Assembly (NCBI GenBank): GCA_018712645.1
Contig: DVGO01000062.1
Location: 4,195-68,194 of the forward strand
Length of the DNA: 64,000 bases
Direction of reading: 5' to 3'
Source: Candidatus Faecousia faecavium
Lineage (GTDB): Bacteria > Bacillota > Clostridia > Oscillospirales > Oscillospiraceae
Below, piece by piece: positions 9,748-19,839 of the stretch (the first letter of the stretch is position 1; each line of letters starts with the position of its first letter). A program made the position numbers and the translations under genes. The notes below the pieces were generated by a model. The model did no database searches. It had not been told where the DNA came from and saw only the letters and a program-made list of their open reading frames with translations.

Positions 9748-10662
9748 ATGATCGATTTTAAGCGACTGCAAGTAAACCAGAAAGAACAATATGAATCCAT
9801 TTTATTCAGCGTTCCCACCCGGGGCTGTGAGTATTCTTTTGCCAACCTGGTCCTCTGGGGCCATCAGAAGGTGGCCTTTGTCCATGGCTGTGCCGCCTTT
9901 TTCTCCCATTTCTACGGCCGCAGTGTCTACCCTTATCCCATTGGAAACGGTGACCGACGGGCGGTGATTTCCCTGATTCTGGAGGACGCCCAGCAGCGTG
10001 GCATTCCCTGCCGGATTACCAACATGCTGCCATCCGACTGGGAAGAGCTGAACAGCTGGTTCCCCGGCCGGTTCTTCCGCCGGGTTGACCGGGACGGCTT
10101 TGACTATGTCTACGCCGTGGATGATCTGGCAGATCTGCGGGGCCGGAAATTCCAGAAAAAGCGCAACCATTTCAACCGCTTCCGGGCAGAGCATCCGGAC
10201 TATACCGTTGTTCCCCTGACCCCGGAGAATATCCCCCAGGCCCAATGCATGGTGGAAGACTGGTACACCCACCGGATTCAGGAAGACCCCAACGGCAACT
10301 ATATGCTGGAAACCATCGCCCTGTCCCGGGCCTTCCGCTGCTACGCCGGCCTTCAGATGGAAGGACTGATGCTGATGGAGGGTGAGAAAATCCTGGCGGT
10401 GACCATGGGCTCCCGTATGTCTCCGGACACCTTCGACATCCACTTTGAAAAGGCCCGGGAAGATGTGGAGGGTGCTTACAATGCCATTAACAGTGAATTT
10501 GCCCGGTATCTGCGCCAGAAGTACCCGGAGGTCAAATTTCTGGACCGGGAGGACGACATGGGTCTGGAAGGTCTGCGCAAGGCCAAGCTCTCCTACAATC
10601 CCGACCATATGGTGGAAAAGTCCTGGGCTTACCTCCACAAGGAGATTTCCTATGATCATTGA
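9748..10662 (+). CDS. DUF2156 / aminoacyl-phosphatidylglycerol-synthase C-domain-like protein
   Basis: CEYSFANL, DYVY, GRKFQKKRNHFNRF, HFEKA, DREDDMGLEGLRKAKLSY. Confidence 0.85.
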   Translation: MIDFKRLQVNQKEQYESILFSVPTRGCEYSFANLVLWGHQKVAFVHGCAAFFSHFYGRSVYPYPIGNGDRRAVISLILEDAQQRGIPCRITNMLPSDWEELNSWFPGRFFRRVDRDGFDYVYAVDDLADLRGRKFQKKRNHFNRFRAEHPDYTVVPLTPENIPQAQCMVEDWYTHRIQEDPNGNYMLETIALSRAFRCYAGLQMEGLMLMEGEKILAVTMGSRMSPDTFDIHFEKAREDVEGAYNAINSEFARYLRQKYPEVKFLDREDDMGLEGLRKAKLSYNPDHMVEKSWAYLHKEISYDH

Positions 10663-11386
10663 TCAGCTCAAAGCCCTTTGGCAGTGTTCCTTCGGCGACC
10701 CGGAGGACGCCATTGATGCATTCTTTTCCACTGCCTACACCCCGGCCCGGTGCCAGGTCTTGATGCAAGGCGACCAGGTCACCGCAGCGCTGTACTGGCT
10801 GGACACCCAATACCAGGGCCAGAAGCTGGCCTATCTCTACGCCGTTGCCACCCACCCGGACTTCCGGGGCCGGGGGCAGTGCCGCTGCCTAATGACCCAT
10901 ACCAAAAAACTGCTGAAAGCCCGGGGCTATGCAGGCATCCTGCTGTCTCCTGCCAGTGATGGTCTGCGGCAGATGTACGGCGGCATGGGCTACCGGGACT
11001 GCTGCTACTGCGCAAAATTGTCTGTGCCCGCTGCCAAGGAACCTGCACCCCTGCGTATGATCGGGGCAGACGAATACACCCGCCTTCGGCGGCAGTATCT
11101 GCCGGAAGACGGGGTAGTGCAGGAAGGAGAAAATATCACATATCTTAAAAGCTTTGCAAGCTTCTATGCCGGGGAAGATTTTCTGCTGGCCGCTGCCCAG
11201 GAAGGGACGGTCCTGCATGGTCTGGAGCTTTTGGGGAATCGGCAAGCCGCCGGGGGCATCGTCAAAGCACTAAGCTGCACCGAAGGGACCTTCCGCACCC
11301 CGGGCCACGACACCATGCTGGCCATGTTCCTGCCCCTGAAGCCTTCGGCCCGGGCGCCGGGGTATCTGGGTTTCCCCTTCGATTAA
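10652..11386 (+). CDS. GNAT family acetyltransferase (Eis-like N-domain)
   Basis: LWQCSFGD, YLYAVATHPDFRGRG acetyl-CoA motif; AAGGAG RBS inside the upstream gene. Confidence 0.85.
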   Translation: MIIDQLKALWQCSFGDPEDAIDAFFSTAYTPARCQVLMQGDQVTAALYWLDTQYQGQKLAYLYAVATHPDFRGRGQCRCLMTHTKKLLKARGYAGILLSPASDGLRQMYGGMGYRDCCYCAKLSVPAAKEPAPLRMIGADEYTRLRRQYLPEDGVVQEGENITYLKSFASFYAGEDFLLAAAQEGTVLHGLELLGNRQAAGGIVKALSCTEGTFRTPGHDTMLAMFLPLKPSARAPGYLGFPFD

Positions 11387-12081
11387 GCATACAGCATAAG
11401 ACCCAGCAGGTAAATCACCACCAGATGGGCCGGGTAATACAGGTAGAACACCATGCCCATGGCATGCTTTCCCCGCTGGCCGTTATACAGCATCAGCAGC
11501 GGCACCGCCGCCAGGGCAAACCATTGGGCACCGCCGTAGGCAAAGCCCAGCAAGATCAGTCCCACAGTGAACGCACGCAGTTTTTCCCACTTATTCCGCG
11601 AAAAATACACCAGCACCGGAAGCAGTACACCCCAGATGCCGTAGTCTACCGCAAAATCCGTGCCGCTGAGCAAATCCGGCAGGATTCTGCACACAAAGAA
11701 TGCTGCCGCCAAGGCGGCAATCCCTACCGCCCACTTCTTCCGCTTATCTGCGTAATCCAGGGCATAAATCAAACCAATTCCCATGCTGAAGGTCACCAGA
11801 ATGCACTGATACAGCGACCCCATGGCAAAAAAATACACCGCCTGGCACACAGCCGCCAGGCCTGCAATCCGCAGTAAGTACTGTTTCCGACTGCGAGTAT
11901 AACGGCAGCCTTCGGCGATCATGTAAGCGTAAATCGGCAGCGCCAGCCGCCCGATGATGCGCAGAATCAGCGCCTGGGGCAGCAGATACACCCCTATGTG
12001 ATCCAGCGTCATGGCTGCCATAGCGATGAGTTTCAGCTGATTACCGGTCAGGCCGGTTCTTTCTTTCAGGGCAAGTCCCAT
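11383..12081 (-). CDS. TraX-family membrane protein (putative acyltransferase)
   Basis: LKLIAMAAMTLDH, IGRLALPIYAYMIAEG, YNGQRG, FYLYYPAHL. Confidence 0.85.
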   Translation of the reverse strand: MGLALKERTGLTGNQLKLIAMAAMTLDHIGVYLLPQALILRIIGRLALPIYAYMIAEGCRYTRSRKQYLLRIAGLAAVCQAVYFFAMGSLYQCILVTFSMGIGLIYALDYADKRKKWAVGIAALAAAFFVCRILPDLLSGTDFAVDYGIWGVLLPVLVYFSRNKWEKLRAFTVGLILLGFAYGGAQWFALAAVPLLMLYNGQRGKHAMGMVFYLYYPAHLVVIYLLGLMLYA

Positions 12082-12176
12082 GGATAGCCCCCCTTTCCGG
12101 GCTATCTTAGCATCCCGGCAGCAGGCTTGTCAACGGCGCGGTGAGGAAATTCCGTTTCAGAGCAGGAGGCCCCCTT

Positions 12177-12686
12177 ATGAAAACGCTTTATCTCATTGGC
12201 GGCACCATGGGTGTGGGAAAAACCACCGTGTGCCGTGAACTGAAAAACCAACTGCCGCGCAGCGTCTTTTTAGACGGCGACTGGTGCTGGGATATGAATC
12301 CTTTTGTAGTCACCGAAGAGACCAAAGCCATGGTTCTGGACAACATCACGACACTGCTGAAAAACTTTCTCCGGTGTTCTGCCTATGACCATGTAATTTT
12401 CTGCTGGGTAATGCACCAGCAGGCCATTCTGGATCAGATTCTGAGCAGACTGGATCTGACCGACGTGACGGTGGTACCGGTGTCACTGGTGTGCAGCCAG
12501 GAGGTGCTGCTCCAGCGGCTGAATCAGGATGTGTCTGCCAGTCTGCGGCAGCCGGACATTTTGCTGAGAAGCCCGCAAAGGCTTCCCCTGTATGATGCCC
12601 TGGACACCCACAAAATCGATACTTCCTACGCCGCCGTTCCCGAAATCGTCCAGGCCATTCTCCGTCTTAGCAAAAATGGAATATAA
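12177..12686 (+). CDS. P-loop nucleotide-kinase-like (AAA family) protein
   Basis: GGTMGVGKTT Walker A, FLDGDWCW; AGGAGG RBS. Confidence 0.85.
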   Translation: MKTLYLIGGTMGVGKTTVCRELKNQLPRSVFLDGDWCWDMNPFVVTEETKAMVLDNITTLLKNFLRCSAYDHVIFCWVMHQQAILDQILSRLDLTDVTVVPVSLVCSQEVLLQRLNQDVSASLRQPDILLRSPQRLPLYDALDTHKIDTSYAAVPEIVQAILRLSKNGI

Positions 12687-12740
12687 AAAAGAAGTAACCC
12701 TTGGCCTTCTTCTCAATCGAATCAGCCAAGGGTTATTTCT
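12685..12740. terminator. Bidirectional terminator hairpin
   Basis: AGAAGTAACCCTTGGC...GCCAAGGGTTATTTCT 16-bp arms; A6 at 12685-12690 gives a U tract on the minus strand. Confidence 0.75.
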
Positions 12741-12928
12741 CTTCACTCTTGATATCTAACATCCTTGATTAACCTCTCTTTCTGCAGGATCAGACACGGC
12801 TTCTGCTGACAAAAATTGAATCCCTTCCAGTAATATTGCGGCTGAGAAAACGGAAGCGGCGTCTGTCAGATTCCAAAGCGGCTGCTTCGGAACCAAGGAT
12901 TTCCAATCAGATTGGTCATTCCTTTTGT
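12685..12928 (-). ncRNA. Candidate structured non-coding RNA (unassigned)
   Basis: Minus-strand TTGCAT-16 bp-TATAGT promoter with extended TG (12962-12935), several long stems, ends at the terminator above; no convincing ORF. Confidence 0.45.
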
Positions 12929-13186
12929 GCTTTTACTATACCATGTCCTGCGGAAAATGCAATACGGAATTGTGTACAAACTATCCAGTTTTCTTCCATA
13001 TAAAATGCAGAAATTAGGGATAATGCCATTTTTCCTGTTGACCTGTGGCGAAGAGGATGGTAGTATGAATATGTTGGGGTGATTTTTCTTTCCCGCTGCC
13101 TGTGGGGCAGAAAATCAGCGGGGCAATTTTGGCAACATACACATGCCGCCCCGGCAAAATCCCGACAGAAATTGGCTTTCTGCGAC

Positions 13187-13215
13187 TTGACGTGTTTTTT
13201 GCCCCATGGTATAAT
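13187..13215 (+). promoter_or_regulatory. Sigma-A promoter of pur operon
   Basis: TTGACG-17 bp-TATAAT with extended TG. Confidence 0.85.
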
Positions 13216-13234
13216 ATGGATGTAGTTTCTACAA

Positions 13235-13304
13235 CCCCTTATGACTGACGGATCAGTGGAGCACCACACGGAGTAAGGGCGTTATCATAGCCGACCGTCT
13301 GGGC
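13235..13304 (+). ncRNA. ZMP/ZTP (pfl) riboswitch
   Basis: CCTTATGACTGACGGA..GTGG-AGCA-CCAC..GGAGTAAGG domain and 3' GCCGACCGTCTGGGC hairpin; pseudoknot GACGG/CCGTC; upstream of purine genes. Confidence 0.92.
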
Positions 13305-13343
13305 ACACTTTCCCTTCTTTTTGGGATAAGTGCGCCCTTTTTT
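13301..13343 (+). terminator. ZTP expression-platform terminator
   Basis: GGGCACACTT-TCCC...GGGA-TAAGTGCGCCC-TTTTTT; its 5' arm overlaps the aptamer GGGC, consistent with an ON switch. Confidence 0.85.
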
Positions 13344-13368
13344 ATTTACTTTTCTTTGGAGGTAACAC

Positions 13369-13863
13369 ATGAAAAAAGTCGGTATCGTCATGGGCAGCGA
13401 CAGTGATCTTCCCATCCTGCGCAAGACCATGGACACTCTGGCCTCTTTGGACATTCCCTACGAGTGCCACGTCTATTCTGCCCACCGCACCCCGGTAGAG
13501 GCTCGGGATTTTGCCCTGTCCGCCCGGGAAAATGGCTTTGGCGTCATCATCGCCGCAGCCGGCATGGCTGCCCATCTGGCTGGGGCCATTGCAGCCAACA
13601 CCACCCTGCCTGTGATTGGCATACCCTGTAAGTCTACCTGTCTCGACGGCATTGACGCACTCCTTTCTACGGTTATGATGCCCTCCGGTATTCCGGTGGC
13701 CACCGTTGCCATTAATGGAGGCGTGAATGCCGCTTTGTTGTCCGCCCAGATTCTGGCAGTGGAGGACAAGGATCTGGCCGCCAAGCTGGATGCCAAGCGT
13801 GCCGCCGATGCCAAAAAGGTCCTGGAAAAGGACGCTGCCCTTCAGGCGGAACTGAATGCGTAA
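13369..13863 (+). CDS. purE: N5-CAIR mutase (class I PurE)
   Basis: MGSDSD, SAHRTP, AGMAAHL, PVIGIP, GIPVATV. Confidence 0.96.
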   Translation: MKKVGIVMGSDSDLPILRKTMDTLASLDIPYECHVYSAHRTPVEARDFALSARENGFGVIIAAAGMAAHLAGAIAANTTLPVIGIPCKSTCLDGIDALLSTVMMPSGIPVATVAINGGVNAALLSAQILAVEDKDLAAKLDAKRAADAKKVLEKDAALQAELNA

Positions 13864-13911
13864 GCCCATTCTTTCAACATAAACATCTATTTTCAGAAAG
13901 AGGTAATTATC

Positions 13912-14601
13912 ATGGAAAATCTCAAGCTGCTCTACACCGGTAAGACCAAGAATGTTTACGCCCTGCCCAACGGCAACTGCCTGCTGAAGTTCAAGGACGA
14001 CTGCACCGGCAAGGACGGTGTCTTTGATCCCGGTGAAAACAGCGTCGGCCTGACCATCGAGGGCGTAGGTGATGTGAACCTGCGCATGTCCATCTACTTC
14101 TTTGAAAAGATCAACGCCGCCGGCATCCGTACCCACTATGTTTCCGCCAACCTGGACGACACCACCATGGAAGTGCTGCCCGCCAAGGTCTTCGGCAAGG
14201 GTCTGGAAGTCATCTGCCGGTACAAGGCTGTGGGTTCCTTCTTCCGCCGCTACTCCGACTACATTGAAGAAGGCGCCGACCTGCCCGCTTACGTAGAAAC
14301 CACCTTCAAGAACGACGCCAAGGGCGATCCCCTGGTTACCAAGGACGGTCTGGTTGACCTGGGCGTTATGACTGCTGAGCAGTACGACTCCCTGAAGGAA
14401 ATGACCCAGGCCATCACCAAGATTGTTGCCGATGATCTGAAGGCCAAGGGCCTGGATCTGTACGACATCAAGTTCGAGTTCGGCTACGACGCCGACGGCA
14501 AGGTCATGCTGATCGACGAAATCGCTTCCGGCAACATGCGGGTTTACAAGGACGGCAAGTACATTGACCCCATGACTCTGAACACCCTGTTCTTCGCTTG
14601 A
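13912..14601 (+). CDS. purC: SAICAR synthetase
   Basis: [30 protein letters not shown]. Confidence 0.93.
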   Translation: MENLKLLYTGKTKNVYALPNGNCLLKFKDDCTGKDGVFDPGENSVGLTIEGVGDVNLRMSIYFFEKINAAGIRTHYVSANLDDTTMEVLPAKVFGKGLEVICRYKAVGSFFRRYSDYIEEGADLPAYVETTFKNDAKGDPLVTKDGLVDLGVMTAEQYDSLKEMTQAITKIVADDLKAKGLDLYDIKFEFGYDADGKVMLIDEIASGNMRVYKDGKYIDPMTLNTLFFA

Positions 14602-14698
14602 TTTCCCTCTCCGGTCACGGCAGCTGTTTCAGGCTGCCGTGACCCATGATTCCCTGTTACCTTCAATCTGCACATAGAATCAAGGAGGATATTCCCTT

Positions 14699-16120
14699 AT
14701 GGGTGGTTTCTTCGGAGCAATTTCCCACAGCGACTGTGTCCATGACGTTTTCTTCGGTACGGACTACCATTCCCACCTGGGCACCCGCCGGGGCGGTCTG
14801 GTATTCTACGACCCGGAGAAAGGGTTCCAGCGCCAGATCCATAACATTGAAAATACCCCTTTCCGCACCAAATTTGAAAATGACCTGACCAAGATGAGCG
14901 GTACCATCGGCATTGGCTGTATCTCCGACACCGATCCCCAGCCTCTGCTGTTCCGCAGCCATCTGGGACTGTTTGCCCTGTCCACCGTGGGCATTATCAA
15001 CAACGCCGAGGAACTGGTGGAAAAGACCTTCTCCGGCCTGGGCCATCAGTTCATGGCCATGTCCTCCGGCAAGGTCAACGCCACGGAACTGACCGCGGCC
15101 CTGATTAACCGCTGCGACAATCTGATTGACGGCATCCACTATGCCCAGTCCGTCATTGATGGCTCGTGCACCATTTTGCTGCTGACCGCCAATTCCATCA
15201 TCGCCGCCCGGGATCGGGTGGGCCGTCTGCCGGTGCTGGTGGGCAAGAAAGAAGGCGGTCACTGCGTCAGCTTTGAGTCCTTCGCCTGCCAGAAGCTGGG
15301 CTACCAGGTCTGCTACAACTTAGGCCCCGGCGAAATTGTGGAGATCACTCCCGACGGCATCCGCCAGCTGGCAGCCCCCGGGGAGAAGATGAAAATCTGC
15401 GCCTTCCTGTGGACCTACTACGGCTATCCCAACTCCAACTACGAAGGCAAAAATGTGGAGGTCATGCGCTGCCGCAACGGCGAGATCATGGCCCGGGACG
15501 AAGAAAAGAACGGCACCATGCCGGATGTGGACTACGTTGCCGGCGTGCCGGACTCCGGTCTGCCCCACGCTATTGGCTACGCCAACCAGTCTCACAAGCC
15601 CTTCGCCCGTCCCTTCGTCAAATATACCCCCACCTGGGCCCGTTCCTTCATGCCCTCCAACCAGCAGATGCGCAACATGATTGCGGAAATGAAGCAGATT
15701 CCCGTCCCGGAACTGATTGAGGACAAGAAACTGCTGCTGGTGGACGACTCCATCGTCCGGGGCACCCAGCTGCGGGAAACCGTGGAATTTCTGTACAAGA
15801 GCGGCGCCAAGGAAGTGCATATGCGCTCTGCCTGCCCGCCCATTATGTACGGCTGCAAATACCTGAACTTCTCCCGGAGCAACTCGGAAATGGAGCTGCT
15901 GGCCCGGAAAGTCATCCAGGAGCTGGAAGGCGACGAAGGCCAGAAGCATCTGGAAGAATATGCCGACGGTTCTACCCAGCGGGGCAAGGCCATGCGGGAA
16001 GCTATCTGCCAGCAGATGGGCTTCGACTCCCTGGGTTATCAGTCCCTGGACGGCCTGCTGGAGGCCATCGGTCTGGACCGCAGCAAGGTCTGCACCTACT
16101 GCTGGACCGGCGAAGAATAA
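14699..16120 (+). CDS. purF: Amidophosphoribosyltransferase (variant lacking N-terminal Cys)
   Basis: GVPDSG, VDDSIVRGT PRPP-binding loop, Fe-S cysteines (CAF, CKY, CTYC); N-terminus MGGFFG. Confidence 0.93.
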   Translation: MGGFFGAISHSDCVHDVFFGTDYHSHLGTRRGGLVFYDPEKGFQRQIHNIENTPFRTKFENDLTKMSGTIGIGCISDTDPQPLLFRSHLGLFALSTVGIINNAEELVEKTFSGLGHQFMAMSSGKVNATELTAALINRCDNLIDGIHYAQSVIDGSCTILLLTANSIIAARDRVGRLPVLVGKKEGGHCVSFESFACQKLGYQVCYNLGPGEIVEITPDGIRQLAAPGEKMKICAFLWTYYGYPNSNYEGKNVEVMRCRNGEIMARDEEKNGTMPDVDYVAGVPDSGLPHAIGYANQSHKPFARPFVKYTPTWARSFMPSNQQMRNMIAEMKQIPVPELIEDKKLLLVDDSIVRGTQLRETVEFLYKSGAKEVHMRSACPPIMYGCKYLNFSRSNSEMELLARKVIQELEGDEGQKHLEEYADGSTQRGKAMREAICQQMGFDSLGYQSLDGLLEAIGLDRSKVCTYCWTGEE

Positions 16121-16151
16121 ATCCCATTACCAACGATAAAGGAGCACTCCC

Positions 16152-17204
16152 ATGGAACATACCAATTCCTACTCCGCCAGTTACGCCGCCGCCGGTGTGG
16201 ACATCACCGCCGGCTACAAGGCCGTGGAACTGATGAAAAAGCACGTTGCCCGCACCCGCAACGAAGGCTGCCTGGATGATGTGGGCGGCTTCGGCGGCTG
16301 CTTCGGTCTGCCCATCGCCGGAATGGAAGAGCCTGTGCTGGTCTCCGGCACCGACGGTGTGGGCACCAAACTGAAGCTGGCCATTCTCATGGACAAGCAC
16401 GACACCATCGGCATCGACTGCGTGGCCATGTGTGTCAATGATATCATCTGTGTGGGCGCCAAGCCCCTGTTCTTCCTGGACTACATTGCCTGCGGCAAGA
16501 ACGTCCCGGAGAAAATTGCCGAAATCGTCGGCGGCGTGGCAGAGGGCTGCGTTCAGGCCGGCAGCGCCCTGATCGGCGGCGAAACCGCCGAGCATCCGGG
16601 CATGATGCCGGAAGACGAGTACGACCTGGCAGGCTTTGCCGTAGGCGTGGTGGACAAGAAGAAGATTCTGGACAAGAACACCATGGCAGCCGGCGACGTG
16701 GTCATCGCCCTGCCCTCCACCGGCATTCACTCCAACGGCTTCTCCCTGTGCCGGAAGGTCTTTGACATCGACAACAACAATCCCCAGCTCTATGTCCCCC
16801 GGGAAGAACTGGGCGGCAAGACCATTGCCGAGGCCCTACTGACCCCCACCAAGATCTACGTCAAGCCCGTTCTGGCTCTGCTGGAAAAGGTCAACGTCAA
16901 GGGCATCAGCCACATCACCGGCGGCGGCTTCTACGAGAACATCCCCCGCTCCATCCCCGATGGACTGGGCGCCAAGATCGACAAGTCCGCTGTCAAGGTT
17001 CTGCCCATCTTTGACCTGATTGCAAAGTTTGGCAACATCCCCGAGCGGGATATGTTCAACACCTACAACATGGGCGTGGGCATGAGCATCGTGGTGCCGG
17101 CCGACCAGGTGGAACTGGCTCTGTCCATCCTGAAGGACAACGGCGAAGATGCCTATGTCATCGGCACCATTGTGGAAAGCGAAGAAAAGGTGATTCTGGC
17201 GTGA
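16152..17204 (+). CDS. purM: AIR synthetase
   Basis: [37 protein letters not shown]. Confidence 0.97.
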   Translation: MEHTNSYSASYAAAGVDITAGYKAVELMKKHVARTRNEGCLDDVGGFGGCFGLPIAGMEEPVLVSGTDGVGTKLKLAILMDKHDTIGIDCVAMCVNDIICVGAKPLFFLDYIACGKNVPEKIAEIVGGVAEGCVQAGSALIGGETAEHPGMMPEDEYDLAGFAVGVVDKKKILDKNTMAAGDVVIALPSTGIHSNGFSLCRKVFDIDNNNPQLYVPREELGGKTIAEALLTPTKIYVKPVLALLEKVNVKGISHITGGGFYENIPRSIPDGLGAKIDKSAVKVLPIFDLIAKFGNIPERDMFNTYNMGVGMSIVVPADQVELALSILKDNGEDAYVIGTIVESEEKVILA

Positions 17205-17800
17205 AAACCAAAATTGCCGTTCTGGTCTCCGGCGGCGGCACCAACCTCCAGGCGCTGATTGACGCCCAGGGCAGCGTGCTGCAAAGCGGTGAGATCGTGC
17301 TGGTGGTGTCCAACAACGCCGGTGCTTACGCCCTGGAGCGGGCCAAAAAGGCCGGCATTCCCACCGCCGTGGTGCTGAAAAAGGACTGCGGCTCCCAGGA
17401 AGCCTTTGAAGAAACCCTCAAAGCCCTGCTGACCCAGCACGGAATTGAGGTCATCATCCTGGCGGGCTTTATGACCATTCTCACCGAGAATTTCACCCGT
17501 TGCTATCCCAAGCGGATTCTCAATGTCCACCCTTCCCTGATACCCTCCTTCTGCGGAGCAGGATTCTACGGGCTGCGGGTGCATCAGGCCGCGCTGGATT
17601 ACGGCGTGAAGGTCACCGGCGCCACTGTCCATTTTGTCAACGAAATTCCCGACGGCGGGCAGATCATTGCCCAAAAGGCAGTGGAAATTGCCCCCGACGA
17701 CACCCCGGAAACCCTCCAGCGCCGGGTGATGGAGCAGGCGGAATGGATTCTGCTGCCCCAGGCGGCGGAACAAGTTTGCGCCCAGCTGCAAACTCTTTGA
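17201..17800 (+). CDS. purN: GAR transformylase
   Basis: [29 protein letters not shown]; GTG start overlapping purM stop. Confidence 0.96.
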   Translation: MKTKIAVLVSGGGTNLQALIDAQGSVLQSGEIVLVVSNNAGAYALERAKKAGIPTAVVLKKDCGSQEAFEETLKALLTQHGIEVIILAGFMTILTENFTRCYPKRILNVHPSLIPSFCGAGFYGLRVHQAALDYGVKVTGATVHFVNEIPDGGQIIAQKAVEIAPDDTPETLQRRVMEQAEWILLPQAAEQVCAQLQTL

Positions 17801-17827
17801 TTTTTCTCAGGAATGGAGCGATTGTAC

Positions 17828-18541
17828 ATGAATGTCTATGAAGTCAAATCCATGTCCCAGCGTCTTTCCGGCAACACCTACCCCGGCCGGGGCATTGTGC
17901 TGGGCCTGACCCCCGATGGCAAAACTTCCGTTGCCGCCTATTTCATCATGGGCCGCAGCGTCAACAGCCGCAACCGGGTATTCATCCAGGAGCCTGACGG
18001 CATCCGCACGGAAGCCTACGACCCCAGCAAAATGGTGGACCCCAGCCTGATTATCTACCATCCCGTCCGGGAATTTGGCCGGGGCCTGATCGTCACCAAC
18101 GGTGACCAGACCGACACCATCCGGGAATACCTGGAAAAGGGCCTTCCCATGGAGCAGGCTCTGCGCAGCCGGAAGTTTGAGCACGACGGCCCCAACTGGA
18201 CCCCCCGGATTTCCGGCCTGCTCAGCCCCAACGGCAGCTACAAGATGTCCATTCTCAAATCCGCCGACCCGGAAGGCACCGACTGCGCCCGGTTTACCTT
18301 CGAGTATCCCGGCCTGCCCGGTCTGGGTCACTTCCTGCACACCTACGTCTGCGACGGCAATCCTGTGATTCCCACCTTCCAGGGCGAGCCGGAACGGGTG
18401 AGCATCCCGGCAGACATTGACGCCTTTACCCAGGAACTGTGGGATAATCTGGACGAAAACAACAAGATTTCCCTGTTTGTCCGCTATACCGATCTGGAGA
18501 CCCGGAAATACGAGCAGCGGATCATCAACAAGCACGGCTGA
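17828..18541 (+). CDS. PurO-like IMP cyclohydrolase (Ntn fold)
   Basis: YPGRGI, YFIMGRSVNSRNR, VTNGDQTD, TPRISG, HTY; placed just before a transformylase-only PurH. Confidence 0.88.
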   Translation: MNVYEVKSMSQRLSGNTYPGRGIVLGLTPDGKTSVAAYFIMGRSVNSRNRVFIQEPDGIRTEAYDPSKMVDPSLIIYHPVREFGRGLIVTNGDQTDTIREYLEKGLPMEQALRSRKFEHDGPNWTPRISGLLSPNGSYKMSILKSADPEGTDCARFTFEYPGLPGLGHFLHTYVCDGNPVIPTFQGEPERVSIPADIDAFTQELWDNLDENNKISLFVRYTDLETRKYEQRIINKHG

Positions 18542-18574
18542 TCTATCAAAGAACGATTTAGGGAGGAATGTTTC

Positions 18575-19759
18575 ATGAATGAATTTGCCCTGAAATATGG
18601 CTGCAACCCCAACCAGAAGCCTTCTCGCATCTATATGAGCGACGGCTCCGACCTGCCCCTGACCATCCTCAACGGCCGCCCCGGCTACATCAACTTCCTG
18701 GATGCCCTGAACTCCTGGCAGCTGGTGAAAGAGCTGAAGGAAGCCACCGGCATGGTCGCCGTTACCTCTTTCAAACATGTCTCCCCCACCTCCGCAGCCG
18801 TGGGCAAGCCCCTGAGCGATACTTTGAAGAAGGCCTGCTTTGTAGACGACGTTCCGGAACTGGACGAGAGCCCTCTGGCCTGCGCCTACGCCCGGGCAAG
18901 AGGCACCGACCGGATGTGCTCTTTCGGTGACTGGGTTGCCCTGTCCGATGTCTGTGACGCCACCACCGCCAAGCTCATCGCCCGGGAAGTTTCCGACGGC
19001 GTCATCGCTCCCGGCTATACCGACGAAGCCCTGGCCATTCTGAAGACCAAGCGCAAGGGCGGCTATAATGTGGTGGCCATTGACCCTGACTACGTTCCTG
19101 CGGAGCAGGAGACCAAGCAGGTCTTCGGCATCACCTTCCAGCAGGGCCGCAACAACTTCAAGATTGGCCCCCATCTGCTGGAGAACATCGTCACCGAAAA
19201 CAAGGATCTGCCGGAAAGCGCCAAAATCGACCTGATTGTGGCCCTGATTACCCTGAAGTACACCCAGTCCAACTCCGTCTGCTTTGCCTATGACGGTCAG
19301 GCTGTGGGTGTGGGCGCCGGTCAGCAGTCCCGGATTCACTGCACCCGGCTGGCTGGCTCCAAGGCCGACACCTTCTTCCTGCGCCAGCATCCCAAGACGC
19401 TGAATCTGCCCTTCCGGGAAGATCTGAGCCGTCCCAACCGGGACAACGTCATTGACGGCTACATCAATGGCAACGAAGAAGATGTCTGCGCCGACGGCAT
19501 CTGGCAGAACTACTTTACCCGTCAGCCCGAGCGGCTGACCGAAGAGGACAAGCGCGCTTTCCTTGCAAGCTTCGACGGCGTTGCCCTGGGTTCCGACGCA
19601 TTCTTCCCCTTCTCCGACAACATCAAGCGCGCCCGGGCCTCCGGCGTCAAGTACGTTGCCCAGCCCGGCGGCTCCATCCGGGACGATCTGGTCATTGCCG
19701 AGTGCGATAAGAATGGCATGGTCATGGCCTTCACCGGCATGCGGCTTTTCCATCACTAA
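18575..19759 (+). CDS. purH: AICAR transformylase (PurH transformylase domain only)
   Basis: Starts at LKYGCNPNQ; SFKHVSP, QSNSV, GAGQQSRIHC, SDAFFPF, QPGGS, RLFHH; 394 aa, no N-terminal IMPCH domain. Confidence 0.93.
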   Translation: MNEFALKYGCNPNQKPSRIYMSDGSDLPLTILNGRPGYINFLDALNSWQLVKELKEATGMVAVTSFKHVSPTSAAVGKPLSDTLKKACFVDDVPELDESPLACAYARARGTDRMCSFGDWVALSDVCDATTAKLIAREVSDGVIAPGYTDEALAILKTKRKGGYNVVAIDPDYVPAEQETKQVFGITFQQGRNNFKIGPHLLENIVTENKDLPESAKIDLIVALITLKYTQSNSVCFAYDGQAVGVGAGQQSRIHCTRLAGSKADTFFLRQHPKTLNLPFREDLSRPNRDNVIDGYINGNEEDVCADGIWQNYFTRQPERLTEEDKRAFLASFDGVALGSDAFFPFSDNIKRARASGVKYVAQPGGSIRDDLVIAECDKNGMVMAFTGMRLFHH

Positions 19760-19839
19760 GCCCGTTTTTCATAGGGGACAGCCCCAAAAAGGCTGCCCCC
19801 TATCGGTGCGTTTTTGGATAAACAGAAAATGAGGTGCTT

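Noticed and set aside
11383-12081. TraX-family gene as a sign of a conjugative element
   Set aside because: No relaxase, T4SS, integrase or att-like repeats nearby; stand-alone TraX-like genes are common chromosomal genes.
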